Shown here piece by piece: positions 43,121 through 50,892 of a stretch of DNA of 50,892 nt (positions within the stretch are counted from its first letter, which is position 1; each line of letters starts with the position of its first letter). The position numbers and the translations under genes were made by a program. The stretch spans positions 1 through 50,892 of the forward strand of contig JBFJNL010000001.1 in the NCBI GenBank assembly GCA_041618195.1. Reading direction: 5' to 3'. This stretch comes from Thermoplasmatota archaeon (GTDB lineage: Archaea; Thermoplasmatota; E2; JACPAO01; JAHFTW01). Under the pieces are notes generated by a model. It was not told the DNA's origin and ran no database searches. It saw only the letters and a list, made by a program, of their open reading frames with translations.

Positions 43121-43474
43121 TCAGCCGGAGGTCTGGATCTCTCGCATGACCTCGACGAACAGGATCGCGAGGATGCCGGCCGTCAAGACGAAGAAGCCCG
43201 AGCCCAGGATCGACGTGATGAGTGCGCTGACCTGGCCGGGGATCGTCGCCGGCACGATGTCGCCGTAGCCGACCGTCGTCACGGTCTGCGCCGACCAATA
43301 TACCGTCGACCAGAACGTCGGGAACATGGGCGACCCACCTTCGGCAAGGTACATCGCCGCCGCAGCACCGGGGGTCACGGCTGCTGCCACGCCGCCAACG
43401 GCCGTGAGTTCCACGTGATGGCGGCGGATGGCGTGACCGTAACTGCGAAGGAACCGGGCGTAAGGGCCCAACAT
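43121..43474 (-). CDS. Small pore-only (2-TM) potassium channel
   Basis: Selectivity filter TVTTVGYGD flanked by two hydrophobic helices. 117 aa. Confidence 0.8.
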   Translation of the reverse strand: MLGPYARFLRSYGHAIRRHHVELTAVGGVAAAVTPGAAAAMYLAEGGSPMFPTFWSTVYWSAQTVTTVGYGDIVPATIPGQVSALITSILGSGFFVLTAGILAILFVEVMREIQTSG

Positions 43475-43475
43475 G

Positions 43476-44729
43476 TCAGGCGACGATGCCTCGCAGTTCC
43501 ACGGCCTCCGCCACTCGGGCGACGGCGACCATGTAGGCGGCCATGCGCATGTCGCACTTGGCCCGCTTGTGGCGGTCGAAGACGGCGCTGTATGCAGCGG
43601 TCATCTTCTCGTCCAGTTCGCGGTGGACCTTGTCTTCCTTCCAGTAGTAATTGTAGGTGTTCTGGACCCACTCGAAGTAGGAGACCGTGACGCCGCCGGC
43701 GTTGGCCAGGAAGTCGGGGATGACGTGGATGCCGGCCTTGTGCAGGATGGCGTCGGCTCCGGGGGTCGTGGGGCCGTTGGCCAGTTCGAGCACGATCTTC
43801 GCCTTGACCTTGTCCGCGTTCTTGGTGGTGATGGCGTTCTCGATGCCGGCGGGGATCAGGATGTCCACGTTGAGCTTCAGCAACGCATCGTTGGTGATGT
43901 TCTTGGTGCCCTTGAGGCCCTGGACGGTGCCGCTCTTGGACTTCTCTGCCAGCGCATCCTTGAACTTGATGCCCTTGGCGTCGTGGATGGCGCCTCGGCT
44001 GTCGCTGATGGCGACGACCTTGGCGCCGAACATCTCTTCGACGAGGCGGTGGGCATGCTGGCCGGCGTTGCCGAAGCCCTGGATGGCCACCGTGGCCTTC
44101 GAGAGGTCGATGCCGAGCTTGGCGGCCGCCTCGCGGAGACAGAACATACCGCCGCGGGCCGTGGCGTCGCCGCGGCCGGCGCTGCCGCCGAGGGGCAGGG
44201 GCTTGCCGGTGATGAATCCGGGGGTGTTGTAGCCGCGGATGACGCTGAGTTCATCGGTCATCCAGGCCATGATCTGGGGCGTCGTGTAGACGTCGGGGGC
44301 GGGGATGTCCTTCTCGGGGCCGACGATCTGCGCGACGGCGCGCACCCAGCCGCGGCTGAGTCGCTCCAGTTCCCCCTTGCTGAGTTTCTTGGGGTCGCAG
44401 ATGACGCCGCCCTTGCCCCCGCCGAGCGGGATGTCCACGACACTGGTCTTCCAGGTCATCCACGCCGCCAGTGCCTTGACCGTGTCCTCCGTCTCTTCCG
44501 GGTGGAAGCGGATGCCGCCCTTGGTCGGGCCACGGGCGTCGTTGTACTGGCAGCGGAACCCGGTGAAGGTCTGCGTGCTGCCGTTGTCCATCTTGACCGG
44601 GATGCGGACCTGCAGGAAGCGTTGGGGCTCGCGCAGGTACTCGTGCATGCTCTTGTTGAGCCGCATCTTCTTCGCCGCCGCATCGAGCTGGCTCTGAGCG
44701 ATCTTGAACGGGTTCAGTTCTTCAGCCAT
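43476..44729 (-). CDS. gdhA: Glutamate dehydrogenase
   Basis: [23 protein letters not shown] and GFGNAG motifs. ATG 44729 has a GGTGGA Shine-Dalgarno motif and lies inside track ORF 43476..45110. Confidence 0.95.
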   Translation of the reverse strand: MAEELNPFKIAQSQLDAAAKKMRLNKSMHEYLREPQRFLQVRIPVKMDNGSTQTFTGFRCQYNDARGPTKGGIRFHPEETEDTVKALAAWMTWKTSVVDIPLGGGKGGVICDPKKLSKGELERLSRGWVRAVAQIVGPEKDIPAPDVYTTPQIMAWMTDELSVIRGYNTPGFITGKPLPLGGSAGRGDATARGGMFCLREAAAKLGIDLSKATVAIQGFGNAGQHAHRLVEEMFGAKVVAISDSRGAIHDAKGIKFKDALAEKSKSGTVQGLKGTKNITNDALLKLNVDILIPAGIENAITTKNADKVKAKIVLELANGPTTPGADAILHKAGIHVIPDFLANAGGVTVSYFEWVQNTYNYYWKEDKVHRELDEKMTAAYSAVFDRHKRAKCDMRMAAYMVAVARVAEAVELRGIVA

Positions 44730-44765
44730 CAATCCACCAATGGAGGCGGACGCGGCTTTCGGGTC

Positions 44766-45008
44766 ATGAACGCTTTGCTCTCGCCCGGCCTGCGGCGGTG
44801 TGCGCGAGCCGCCTGGATTCATGGCGGGGAGCGTGTGGTCTGGGTGGGTCGCGGCGTGTGGTCGTCGTCGGTGGTGGCCGCCGGTCTCGAGGCCACCGTT
44901 GCCGGTCTCGGCGTCAGCGTCGCGCTGCTCGTCATCGGGCTGTATTCCTTCTTCCAGGTCAGCAACGCTGCGGCGAACGTGATCTCCATGTTCGGCAATA
45001 TGTTCTGA
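44766..45008 (+). CDS. Possible small single-TM protein
   Basis: This is the only coding-like frame in the 389-nt gap. It ends ...[36 protein letters not shown]. The start is uncertain (ATG 44766 or internal GTG). Confidence 0.3.
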   Translation: MNALLSPGLRRCARAAWIHGGERVVWVGRGVWSSSVVAAGLEATVAGLGVSVALLVIGLYSFFQVSNAAANVISMFGNMF

Positions 45009-45118
45009 GAACCACGCGCCCTTGACGCTCCAAGAAGGTCGGTGCCTGGCCTCTGGCCCCATTTTGGGACTGGGCCGCTTGCGCCGGGGTTTAGTGAGTG
45101 GTCCGGGCATGCCAACGC

Positions 45119-45379
45119 ATGGGCTTGGTCGACTACTTCATCGGGCAACCGAAGGACCTGAAGACCGCACGCCAAGGCGTCGTCGTCATGGTGACGCTGT
45201 GGGTGGTGTCGCTCGTCTTGATCGCCGTCGCCGTCACCGGCACCCTGCTTGGTGCCGACACATCCAGCTTGATCATCGAGATGATCCTCCTGAACGGGCT
45301 GGCGACCATCGGCATCGGCGTGTCGCGTGAAGCGTACTACCGGTTGGGTGGGGCGGCTCCCGGCGTCAAAGGCGGCTGA
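45119..45379 (+). CDS. Small 2-TM membrane protein, hypothetical
   Basis: [34 protein letters not shown]...[20 protein letters not shown]3 is coding-like. Confidence 0.5.
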   Translation: MGLVDYFIGQPKDLKTARQGVVVMVTLWVVSLVLIAVAVTGTLLGADTSSLIIEMILLNGLATIGIGVSREAYYRLGGAAPGVKGG

Positions 45380-46310
45380 ACAGATCGCCCACCATGAGTG
45401 GGAGAAGCACGGTGGCGTCGCCCTCGACGGTCTGCCACAGGGCGTCTTCCTTGACCTTGCCCCAGCTGACCGCTTCTTTGACCCGGGCACCACTCAGGCT
45501 GCCGTCCCATTCGGCGGCGCTCGTGATGTACACCACGGTGTCAAGGCCGTCGCGGAACTGACTCCACCAGATGACGTGGTGTTTGCTGATGCCGCCGCCG
45601 ATCATCAGAGCACCCATGCGCTCTGACTCGTACATCAGGTCACTGAGCTCCTGCTCGTCCTGTAGGAGGTTGAAACGCAGGTCGCGGTGTTTCTGGTAGA
45701 CCATCCAGACCTGGGCGCCGACGCTGCCGTCGGTGGGGCCCGGGATGTAGATCGGGATGTCGTTCTTCCAGGCCCAGTACAGCAAGGATTCCTCGCGGTT
45801 CTCCGATTCGCCGGCCCACTCGCCCAGCTTGGCGCACAATTCGCGGGTCGACCAGTCCTTGGTCTCCTCCGCCCACGCTTCGAGCTTGGGCTTCAGCCGC
45901 GCTTCGAGCACTTCGCCGTAGCACTCGTTGGGGACAAGCACATTGCCGAGGCGGTTGATGCCGTGCTGGTGCAGTTCCCGGTCGTCGAGATCGAAGCGAC
46001 CCGCGAAATAGTCCTCCCACAGGCGGGCCAGATCGTGGTCCAACGTGCCGCACGTGGTGATGACGGCATCGACGAGCTTGTGTTTCAGGAGGTCCTTGAT
46101 GACGCCGCGGGTGCCGGTGGCACAGATGCAGGCGGGGAAACTGAGGATGACCTTCTGTCCTTCGTCGGTGACCATGCGGTGCAGCAGGTCGCTGGCGACG
46201 GCTAGTTTCTTGGCCGTGAATCCGCCGGCGTTCTGCCATTGTTGCATGATGTCTGCAAGCCCCTTCGTGACGTCGAGGTCCTGCACGACGGGAAGGTCGT
46301 CGTAATCCAT
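45366..46310 (-). CDS. dys: Deoxyhypusine synthase
   Basis: GGFTAKKLA, ITTCGTLDHD, GNVLVPNE and IGGGISKHH motifs. 314 aa. Confidence 0.95.
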   Translation of the reverse strand: MDYDDLPVVQDLDVTKGLADIMQQWQNAGGFTAKKLAVASDLLHRMVTDEGQKVILSFPACICATGTRGVIKDLLKHKLVDAVITTCGTLDHDLARLWEDYFAGRFDLDDRELHQHGINRLGNVLVPNECYGEVLEARLKPKLEAWAEETKDWSTRELCAKLGEWAGESENREESLLYWAWKNDIPIYIPGPTDGSVGAQVWMVYQKHRDLRFNLLQDEQELSDLMYESERMGALMIGGGISKHHVIWWSQFRDGLDTVVYITSAAEWDGSLSGARVKEAVSWGKVKEDALWQTVEGDATVLLPLMVGDLFSRL

Positions 46311-46512
46311 GGACTTGGCCGACGGGCGCCGGCGACTTGAGGGTTTGTCCTGTGGGGGCTTGCGGAATGCCCGGCCGGCGCGTGGAAACGCCCATGGGAA
46401 GCGCTGTTTCTGGTGAAATCCTAAGTCACTGTTTCCCTATCATCGAGTTAGCTTATTCAATGCGTGTAGGTGACTCACGCTGGCCATCTGTGAAGGTGGC
46501 AGGTGTAACAAC

Positions 46513-48243
46513 ATGCGTGCAATGATGATCCTTATGCTGCTCGTGATCACGGGCCTCGCCTCGGCCATGCCGGCCGACCAGACCCCTGCGACGACCCTCG
46601 GCGTCGTCGGTGACGCCAAGGAGGCCCTGGAGGCCGCAGACCTCGGCGTCATCGACGAACCGGGTCAGTACATCGTCGGCCTCAACGTCCTAGACCGAGC
46701 GACCGAGGAGGCAGAGTCGTTCCATGGCGCGCAGATCCTCGGCGCCAACCATGCTGTCAAGTTCCTCGTCCTCTACATCGAAGACCCGGCCGACTTCCGG
46801 CAGAAGGCCGCCCAGGATGACAACATCCGCTACGTCCAAGCGGACACATCCGACTTCGTCGGGTCGTTCGTACCCAGCGAGGCGTACTACGGGTGCTGCC
46901 AATGGGGTATCCAGGACATCGGTGTCGAGACCGCCTGGGACACCAGCCTCGGCTCCACGGGCGTCGTCCTCGCCGTCCTGGACACTGGGCTCAGGAAGAC
47001 CCACGAGGACATCGGCAACTACCTGCAGGGCTGGGATTTCATCTACAACGACAACGACCCCAATGATGCCAATGGCCACGGAACCCACGTGGCGAGCACC
47101 GCAGCAGGTCTGACCGACAACGGCCTCGGCGTCGCTGGCGTCGCCCAGGCGACCATCCTGCCCGTGCGCGTCCTCAACGCCCAGGGCACCGGCAGCCACT
47201 CGCAGATCGCCAACGGCATCACGTACGCCGCAGACCAAGGCGCTGACATCATCAGCATGAGTCTTGGCGCACCCTCGGGCAGCCAGACACTGCTGGATGC
47301 GGTCAACTACGCATGGAGTGCCGGCGCATTGGTCATTGCCGCGACAGGCAACGACAACAGCGTCGTCGGCTACCCGGCAAAGTACAGCAACGCCATCGCC
47401 GTCGGCGCGTATGACCAAGCCCAAGCCCGTGCCAGCTTCAGCAACTACGGTCCCGAGATGGAGATCAGTGCCCCCGGCGTGCAGATCGCCGCGGCCCACC
47501 ACACCAGCAACAGTGCCTACGTGTACATGGACGGCACCAGCATGGCGACGCCCGTGGTGAGCGGCGCGGCCGCCCTCGCCTTGGCGGTCGATCCGACGCT
47601 GACCAACACCGAGTTGCGCCAGATGCTGCGCGACACCGCCCGGGACTTCGGGTCGGCAGGCTGGGACCAGTTCTTCGGCTACGGGGCCATCGATGCCGAC
47701 GCCCTCGTGGCCGCGGCCGCCGCCGGGGGTGGCGGTGGTGGCGGGACGCCCGTCACTGTCTACGCCGACGATTTTGAAGGAACCACGAGCTTCGTCAAGA
47801 GCAGTGGCTCCGGGGACCTGTGGCATGTCGGTAGCGGATGCCTCGGTGGCAATCCCGGGACCAGCCTGCAGTTCAACGACGCCAGCTGTGACTACAGCAC
47901 CGGTGCCCAGGTCACCGGCTGGGCCCGCGTCGAGGTCGACCTGAGTGCGGCCGCCGTGGCGACCTGGACGTTCGATCACAAGTGGGAGACCGAAAGCTAC
48001 AGTGGTGGCGCCTACGACATCATGCGCGTCCAGATCAGCGCGGACAACAGTGCCTGGACGACCTTGGAGCAGTGGGACAGCCGCGATGCCAACCAACTTG
48101 CCTGGGGTGGTGCCACGTACGACATCAGCGCCTGGGCCGGCGACAGCACCGTCTACTTGCGGTACTTCTTCGACAGTCTAGATGGGTCGTACAACACGTT
48201 CGACGGCTGGGCCATCGACAACGTCCTCGTGACAAAATTGTAG
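46513..48243 (+). CDS. Secreted subtilisin-like serine protease (S8) with I9-like propeptide and a C-terminal beta-sandwich domain
   Basis: Has a signal peptide MRAMMILMLLVITGLASA. The catalytic triad motifs are VLDTGL, HGTHVAS and GTSMATPVVSG. A Gly7 linker precedes the C-terminal domain. Confidence 0.9.
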   Translation: MRAMMILMLLVITGLASAMPADQTPATTLGVVGDAKEALEAADLGVIDEPGQYIVGLNVLDRATEEAESFHGAQILGANHAVKFLVLYIEDPADFRQKAAQDDNIRYVQADTSDFVGSFVPSEAYYGCCQWGIQDIGVETAWDTSLGSTGVVLAVLDTGLRKTHEDIGNYLQGWDFIYNDNDPNDANGHGTHVASTAAGLTDNGLGVAGVAQATILPVRVLNAQGTGSHSQIANGITYAADQGADIISMSLGAPSGSQTLLDAVNYAWSAGALVIAATGNDNSVVGYPAKYSNAIAVGAYDQAQARASFSNYGPEMEISAPGVQIAAAHHTSNSAYVYMDGTSMATPVVSGAAALALAVDPTLTNTELRQMLRDTARDFGSAGWDQFFGYGAIDADALVAAAAAGGGGGGGTPVTVYADDFEGTTSFVKSSGSGDLWHVGSGCLGGNPGTSLQFNDASCDYSTGAQVTGWARVEVDLSAAAVATWTFDHKWETESYSGGAYDIMRVQISADNSAWTTLEQWDSRDANQLAWGGATYDISAWAGDSTVYLRYFFDSLDGSYNTFDGWAIDNVLVTKL

Positions 48244-48315
48244 GCCGCCTTGGCCCCCTTCCCCGCCTCTTTCCATTTCCTAAGCTTTTATTACCTTGAT
48301 TTCAGATGGAACCTC

Positions 48316-48507
48316 GTGGGTCGCCTACCAGCCGTCTCCCCCGCGGAGGCCCGCCTTGGTGCCGTTGCGATGATCTGTCTGGCTGCGATGGCGCTCGGCA
48401 CCGGCGCTGCGGTCTACGCCACAGGCGAGTCCAGGATGGCTTTGCTCTTCGTCATGCTCGGCGCCGTCGGCGCCTGGCAAGCGTCTCACTACTGGCGGCA
48501 CAAGTAG
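48316..48507 (+). CDS. Small 2-TM protein, hypothetical (paralog-like of the next ORF)
   Basis: A GTG 48316 start is inferred inside track ORF 48250..48507. ...AVAMICLAAMALGTGAAVYATGESRMALLFVMLGAVGAWQASHYWRHK. Confidence 0.4.
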   Translation: MGRLPAVSPAEARLGAVAMICLAAMALGTGAAVYATGESRMALLFVMLGAVGAWQASHYWRHK

Positions 48508-48705
48508 ATGGAATGGCTACACACCCTCTTGTGGGTCCTCGGCGCACTGGCAGCCGCCAGCCTACTCGGCGCAGTGTATCTCTACGACGTGGTTGGTCAC
48601 ACCGGGGCGGCAGGATTGCTGGCGCTGCTGGGGCTCGTCCTGGGCGGGCAGGTCCTCCGCGTCCGCCGCTGGCTGCGACGAATGGACCGCGCCAAATCAG
48701 AGTAG
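48508..48705 (+). CDS. Small 2-TM protein, hypothetical
   Basis: MEWLHTLLWVLGALAAASLLGAVYLYDVVGHTGAAGLLALLGLVLGGQVLRVRRWLRR. The ATG directly follows the stop of the preceding ORF. Confidence 0.45.
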   Translation: MEWLHTLLWVLGALAAASLLGAVYLYDVVGHTGAAGLLALLGLVLGGQVLRVRRWLRRMDRAKSE

Positions 48706-50250
48706 GCGCACGCGGTGCGCTTCTCGGATGACGTCGACGTCGCGCAGCGCATCGCGCGCCTGCTTGGGGATGCTGCCGTCGATCTTGAACACGGCGACCG
48801 CGGTGTCATCGCGGCGGGCCAGACTGACGCTGGCGACGTTGACCTTCGCGTCGGCAAGGATGCCGGTGATGCGTGCCAGCACGCCCGGCACGTCGTTGTG
48901 GCGGGTGAACAAGAATCGACCGTCCGGGCGGAACTCGACATCATAACCGTCGAGCATGGTGACCCGCCCGCCGTAATGCGGCGTATGGGCGCCCTCGATG
49001 ACCAGGGTCTGGTCGTCGGTGGCCAACTCGAGACGGATGAAGGCGGGGCCTTCGTCGAGCAGCGTGCGGTGGGCCACGGTCCAGCCGCGCTCCGCTGCTA
49101 GCCCGGGTGCGTTGATGGCGTTGACCGGGATGTCCAGGTTGACGCGCAGCGCGCCGACCAGGGCATGGACTGCGAGCGGTGCTGCGTCGATGCCTTCGGT
49201 GGCGGCGACGGTGACCTGCTTGACGGGTTTGCGCAAGCATTGCACCGCGAATCCGGCTAGGGATTCGGTGAGTGTGGCCCATGGCCTGAGTGCATCGGGC
49301 ACGGTGGCTTGGACGTTGAGTGCAAGGCTGGCGTCACCGCTGTCAAGGAAATCGCAGACCCGCTCTACGGCCTGGGTGGCGGCCTTGATCTGCGCCTCGA
49401 CGGTGCTCGCGCCCAAGTGCGGGGCTGCGACGACGCGAGGATGTTTGGCCAGGGACCAATCCGTCGGCGGCTCGGTCTCCCAGACATCGAGGCCAGCGGC
49501 GCCGACCTTGCCCGACTCCAGGGCAGCGAGCAGCGCGGCTTCGTCGATGAGTCCGCCGCGCGCGGCATTGACGATGATGAGGCCGTCTTTGGCCAAGCCA
49601 AGGCGCCGAGCGTCGACCATGTCGCGGGTCTGGGGGGTCAGGGGCGTGTGGAGCGTGACCATGTGCGCGCGGGCGAAACCCTCGTCCAGACTGACCGCCT
49701 CGACGCCGAAGCTCTTGGCCGCCTCCGCCGTCACGAACGGGTCGTAGCCGAGCGTGATCATTTCGAAGGCCTGTGCACGCTTGGCCATCATGCGGCCGAT
49801 ACGACCCAGTCCGACGATGAAGATGGTCTTGCCTGCCAGCTCCGTGCCCTTGAGTTGCTTGCGCAGCCACTGCTCCTGCTTCATGCCGGCATCGGCGGCG
49901 GGCACGTGTCGTGCGGCGGCGAACAGCAAGGCCCAGGCCTGCTCGGCCGCGCTCGTGATGTTCCCCGTGGGTGAATTGAAAACCGCCACACCGGCGGCTG
50001 TCGCGGCCTTCTGGTCGACATTATCCACGCCGACACCGGCCCGCCCGACGGCACGCAACTTCGGCGCGGCAGCGAACTCGGCGGCGCCCAGTTGCGTACC
50101 GGAGCGAATGATCCAACCCTCGGCTTCGGCGACGATAGCGGCGCGCTCGGCCCCGTTGATCTTCGTGACGTCCAGCGGCTCGTGGCCGCGGTCACGCAGG
50201 AGTTGCAAGCCTTCTTCGGCGAGGGGGTCAGAGACCACGACCTTGGCCAT
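48697..50250 (-). CDS. serA: D-3-phosphoglycerate dehydrogenase (long form with ASB and ACT domains)
   Basis: GLGRIGRMMA NAD motif, NAARGGLIDE and HLGAST, with a C-terminal ACT domain. ATG 50250 (MAKVVVSDPL). Confidence 0.95.
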   Translation of the reverse strand: MAKVVVSDPLAEEGLQLLRDRGHEPLDVTKINGAERAAIVAEAEGWIIRSGTQLGAAEFAAAPKLRAVGRAGVGVDNVDQKAATAAGVAVFNSPTGNITSAAEQAWALLFAAARHVPAADAGMKQEQWLRKQLKGTELAGKTIFIVGLGRIGRMMAKRAQAFEMITLGYDPFVTAEAAKSFGVEAVSLDEGFARAHMVTLHTPLTPQTRDMVDARRLGLAKDGLIIVNAARGGLIDEAALLAALESGKVGAAGLDVWETEPPTDWSLAKHPRVVAAPHLGASTVEAQIKAATQAVERVCDFLDSGDASLALNVQATVPDALRPWATLTESLAGFAVQCLRKPVKQVTVAATEGIDAAPLAVHALVGALRVNLDIPVNAINAPGLAAERGWTVAHRTLLDEGPAFIRLELATDDQTLVIEGAHTPHYGGRVTMLDGYDVEFRPDGRFLFTRHNDVPGVLARITGILADAKVNVASVSLARRDDTAVAVFKIDGSIPKQARDALRDVDVIREAHRVRLL

Positions 50251-50272
50251 TGAGGCCGGGGACTGCCCGCGC

Positions 50273-50279
50273 TTTGATA
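50273..50279 (-). promoter_or_regulatory. TATA-like box (TATCAAA on minus strand) about 26 nt upstream of serA ATG
   Basis: Same spacing as the glyS element and a similar sequence. Confidence 0.35.
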
Positions 50280-50322
50280 GAGGCGACGGCATGGAAGCCA
50301 GTCCGGAGACGTCCGAGCAGTT

Positions 50323-50892
50323 ATGGCCACGCCCGTCGATGGCCTGGGCATGGCCTTGGAGGTGCGGCGTGCCGGGACCATCGCAGCCGCTGCGTTGCTG
50401 CCGGCATTGGTCGTCGTGTTCTGGGACCAGCTCGAGGGGATGTCGGGTGCCGTGGGCAGCTATGATGGCGGGCCCGCGGCACTTCTCGTGGTCGTCATCG
50501 TCTGGCTCGCCGCGTGGATCTTGTCGTCCGCTATCCTGTGGCGTTGGTCACGCCACGCGCAGACCGATGGACTGCTGGTCGGTCTGCTCGTCGCGGCGAC
50601 GGTGCTGGTCCGCGCGTTGCCCCTGGTGCGGGAATCCGGGCCCTTCGTCATGGTGGCCGTCCTGCTGTTCGCGTCCCTCGGCATGGGCCTGGCCGCCGCA
50701 AGCGGTGCCGTCGCCGCGGTGGCCCAGGGGCGACAACCATACCGCGCACTCGGCGGGCTCGTCATCGCGATGGCCGCGGTGCTTTTCCTGGCCGTGCTGC
50801 CTTTCCTGCGCCCTGCCCCGATGCTGGCCCTCGTCGTGGTCATGGTGCCCCTTGGCCTCGCGGCGTTGGGGGCATGGATCTATCGCCGCGGC
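50323..50892 (+). CDS. Multi-pass membrane protein, 5' part (3' end beyond window)
   Basis: Hand-translated open frame of 190 codons running to the window edge: MATPVDGLGMALEVRRAGTIAAAALLPALVVVFWD... It has several hydrophobic helices and high GC3. It is not in the track because it is open-ended. Confidence 0.5.
   Translation, partial: MATPVDGLGMALEVRRAGTIAAAALLPALVVVFWDQLEGMSGAVGSYDGGPAALLVVVIVWLAAWILSSAILWRWSRHAQTDGLLVGLLVAATVLVRALPLVRESGPFVMVAVLLFASLGMGLAAASGAVAAVAQGRQPYRALGGLVIAMAAVLFLAVLPFLRPAPMLALVVVMVPLGLAALGAWIYRRG

Noticed and set aside
1-50892. Scan for CRISPR arrays, IS elements/transposases, integrases, restriction-modification, toxin-antitoxin or other defence modules.
   Set aside because: None was found. 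Every sizeable ORF is accounted for by housekeeping, respiratory, surface or small membrane proteins. The novelty candidates reported are single genes or gene pairs, not a defence island.

Overview
This is a GC-rich, densely packed archaeal chromosomal segment with strong GC3 bias. Archaeal identity rests on RFC small subunit, exosome Csl4, RNA polymerase subunit L, TruD, archaeal/eukaryotic-type GlyRS, deoxyhypusine synthase, a class-III pilin-like signal peptide and a PGF-CTERM-like tail. A Thermoplasmatota / Marine Group II-III-like origin is only a guess. Most content is housekeeping: rpiA, csl4-rpoL-truD, rfcS, an nfeD-SPFH pair, glyS, an amidohydrolase, glpK, a class-III aminotransferase, a MarC-family protein, an Lrp/AsnC-family regulator, two secreted/surface proteins (LVIVD lipoprotein, VIT-vWA), topA, an AI-2E transporter, tRNA-Gly(UCC), a MidA/NDUFAF7-like methyltransferase, a complete 11-gene nuoABCDHIJKLMN operon, a NifU-like protein, ogt, a pore-only K+ channel, gdhA, deoxyhypusine synthase, an S8 protease and serA. 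I saw no CRISPR array, transposase, integrase, toxin-antitoxin pair or recognisable defence gene, so I cannot point to a clear new multi-gene system. The most unusual items are: (1) two tandem paralogs at the left edge that join an extracytoplasmic CXXCH heme-c motif to a C-terminal four-helix module with two H-x13-H pairs, a candidate trans-membrane electron conduit; (2) two unannotated, translationally coupled, paralogous Cys-rich micro-ORFs (CC-x5-C-x2-CP-x-RPENA) directly downstream of the Lrp/AsnC-family regulator; (3) a 12-TM His-rich NnrS/heme-copper-oxidase-like protein with a threefold internal motif, coupled to ogt; (4) a MidA/NDUFAF7-like methyltransferase placed divergently next to the nuo operon. 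Start codons were refined by hand from signal peptides, Shine-Dalgarno motifs and a recurrent TATA-like box about 25-30 nt upstream of first-gene start codons (leaderless pattern). All family assignments come from motif recall; no searches were run.
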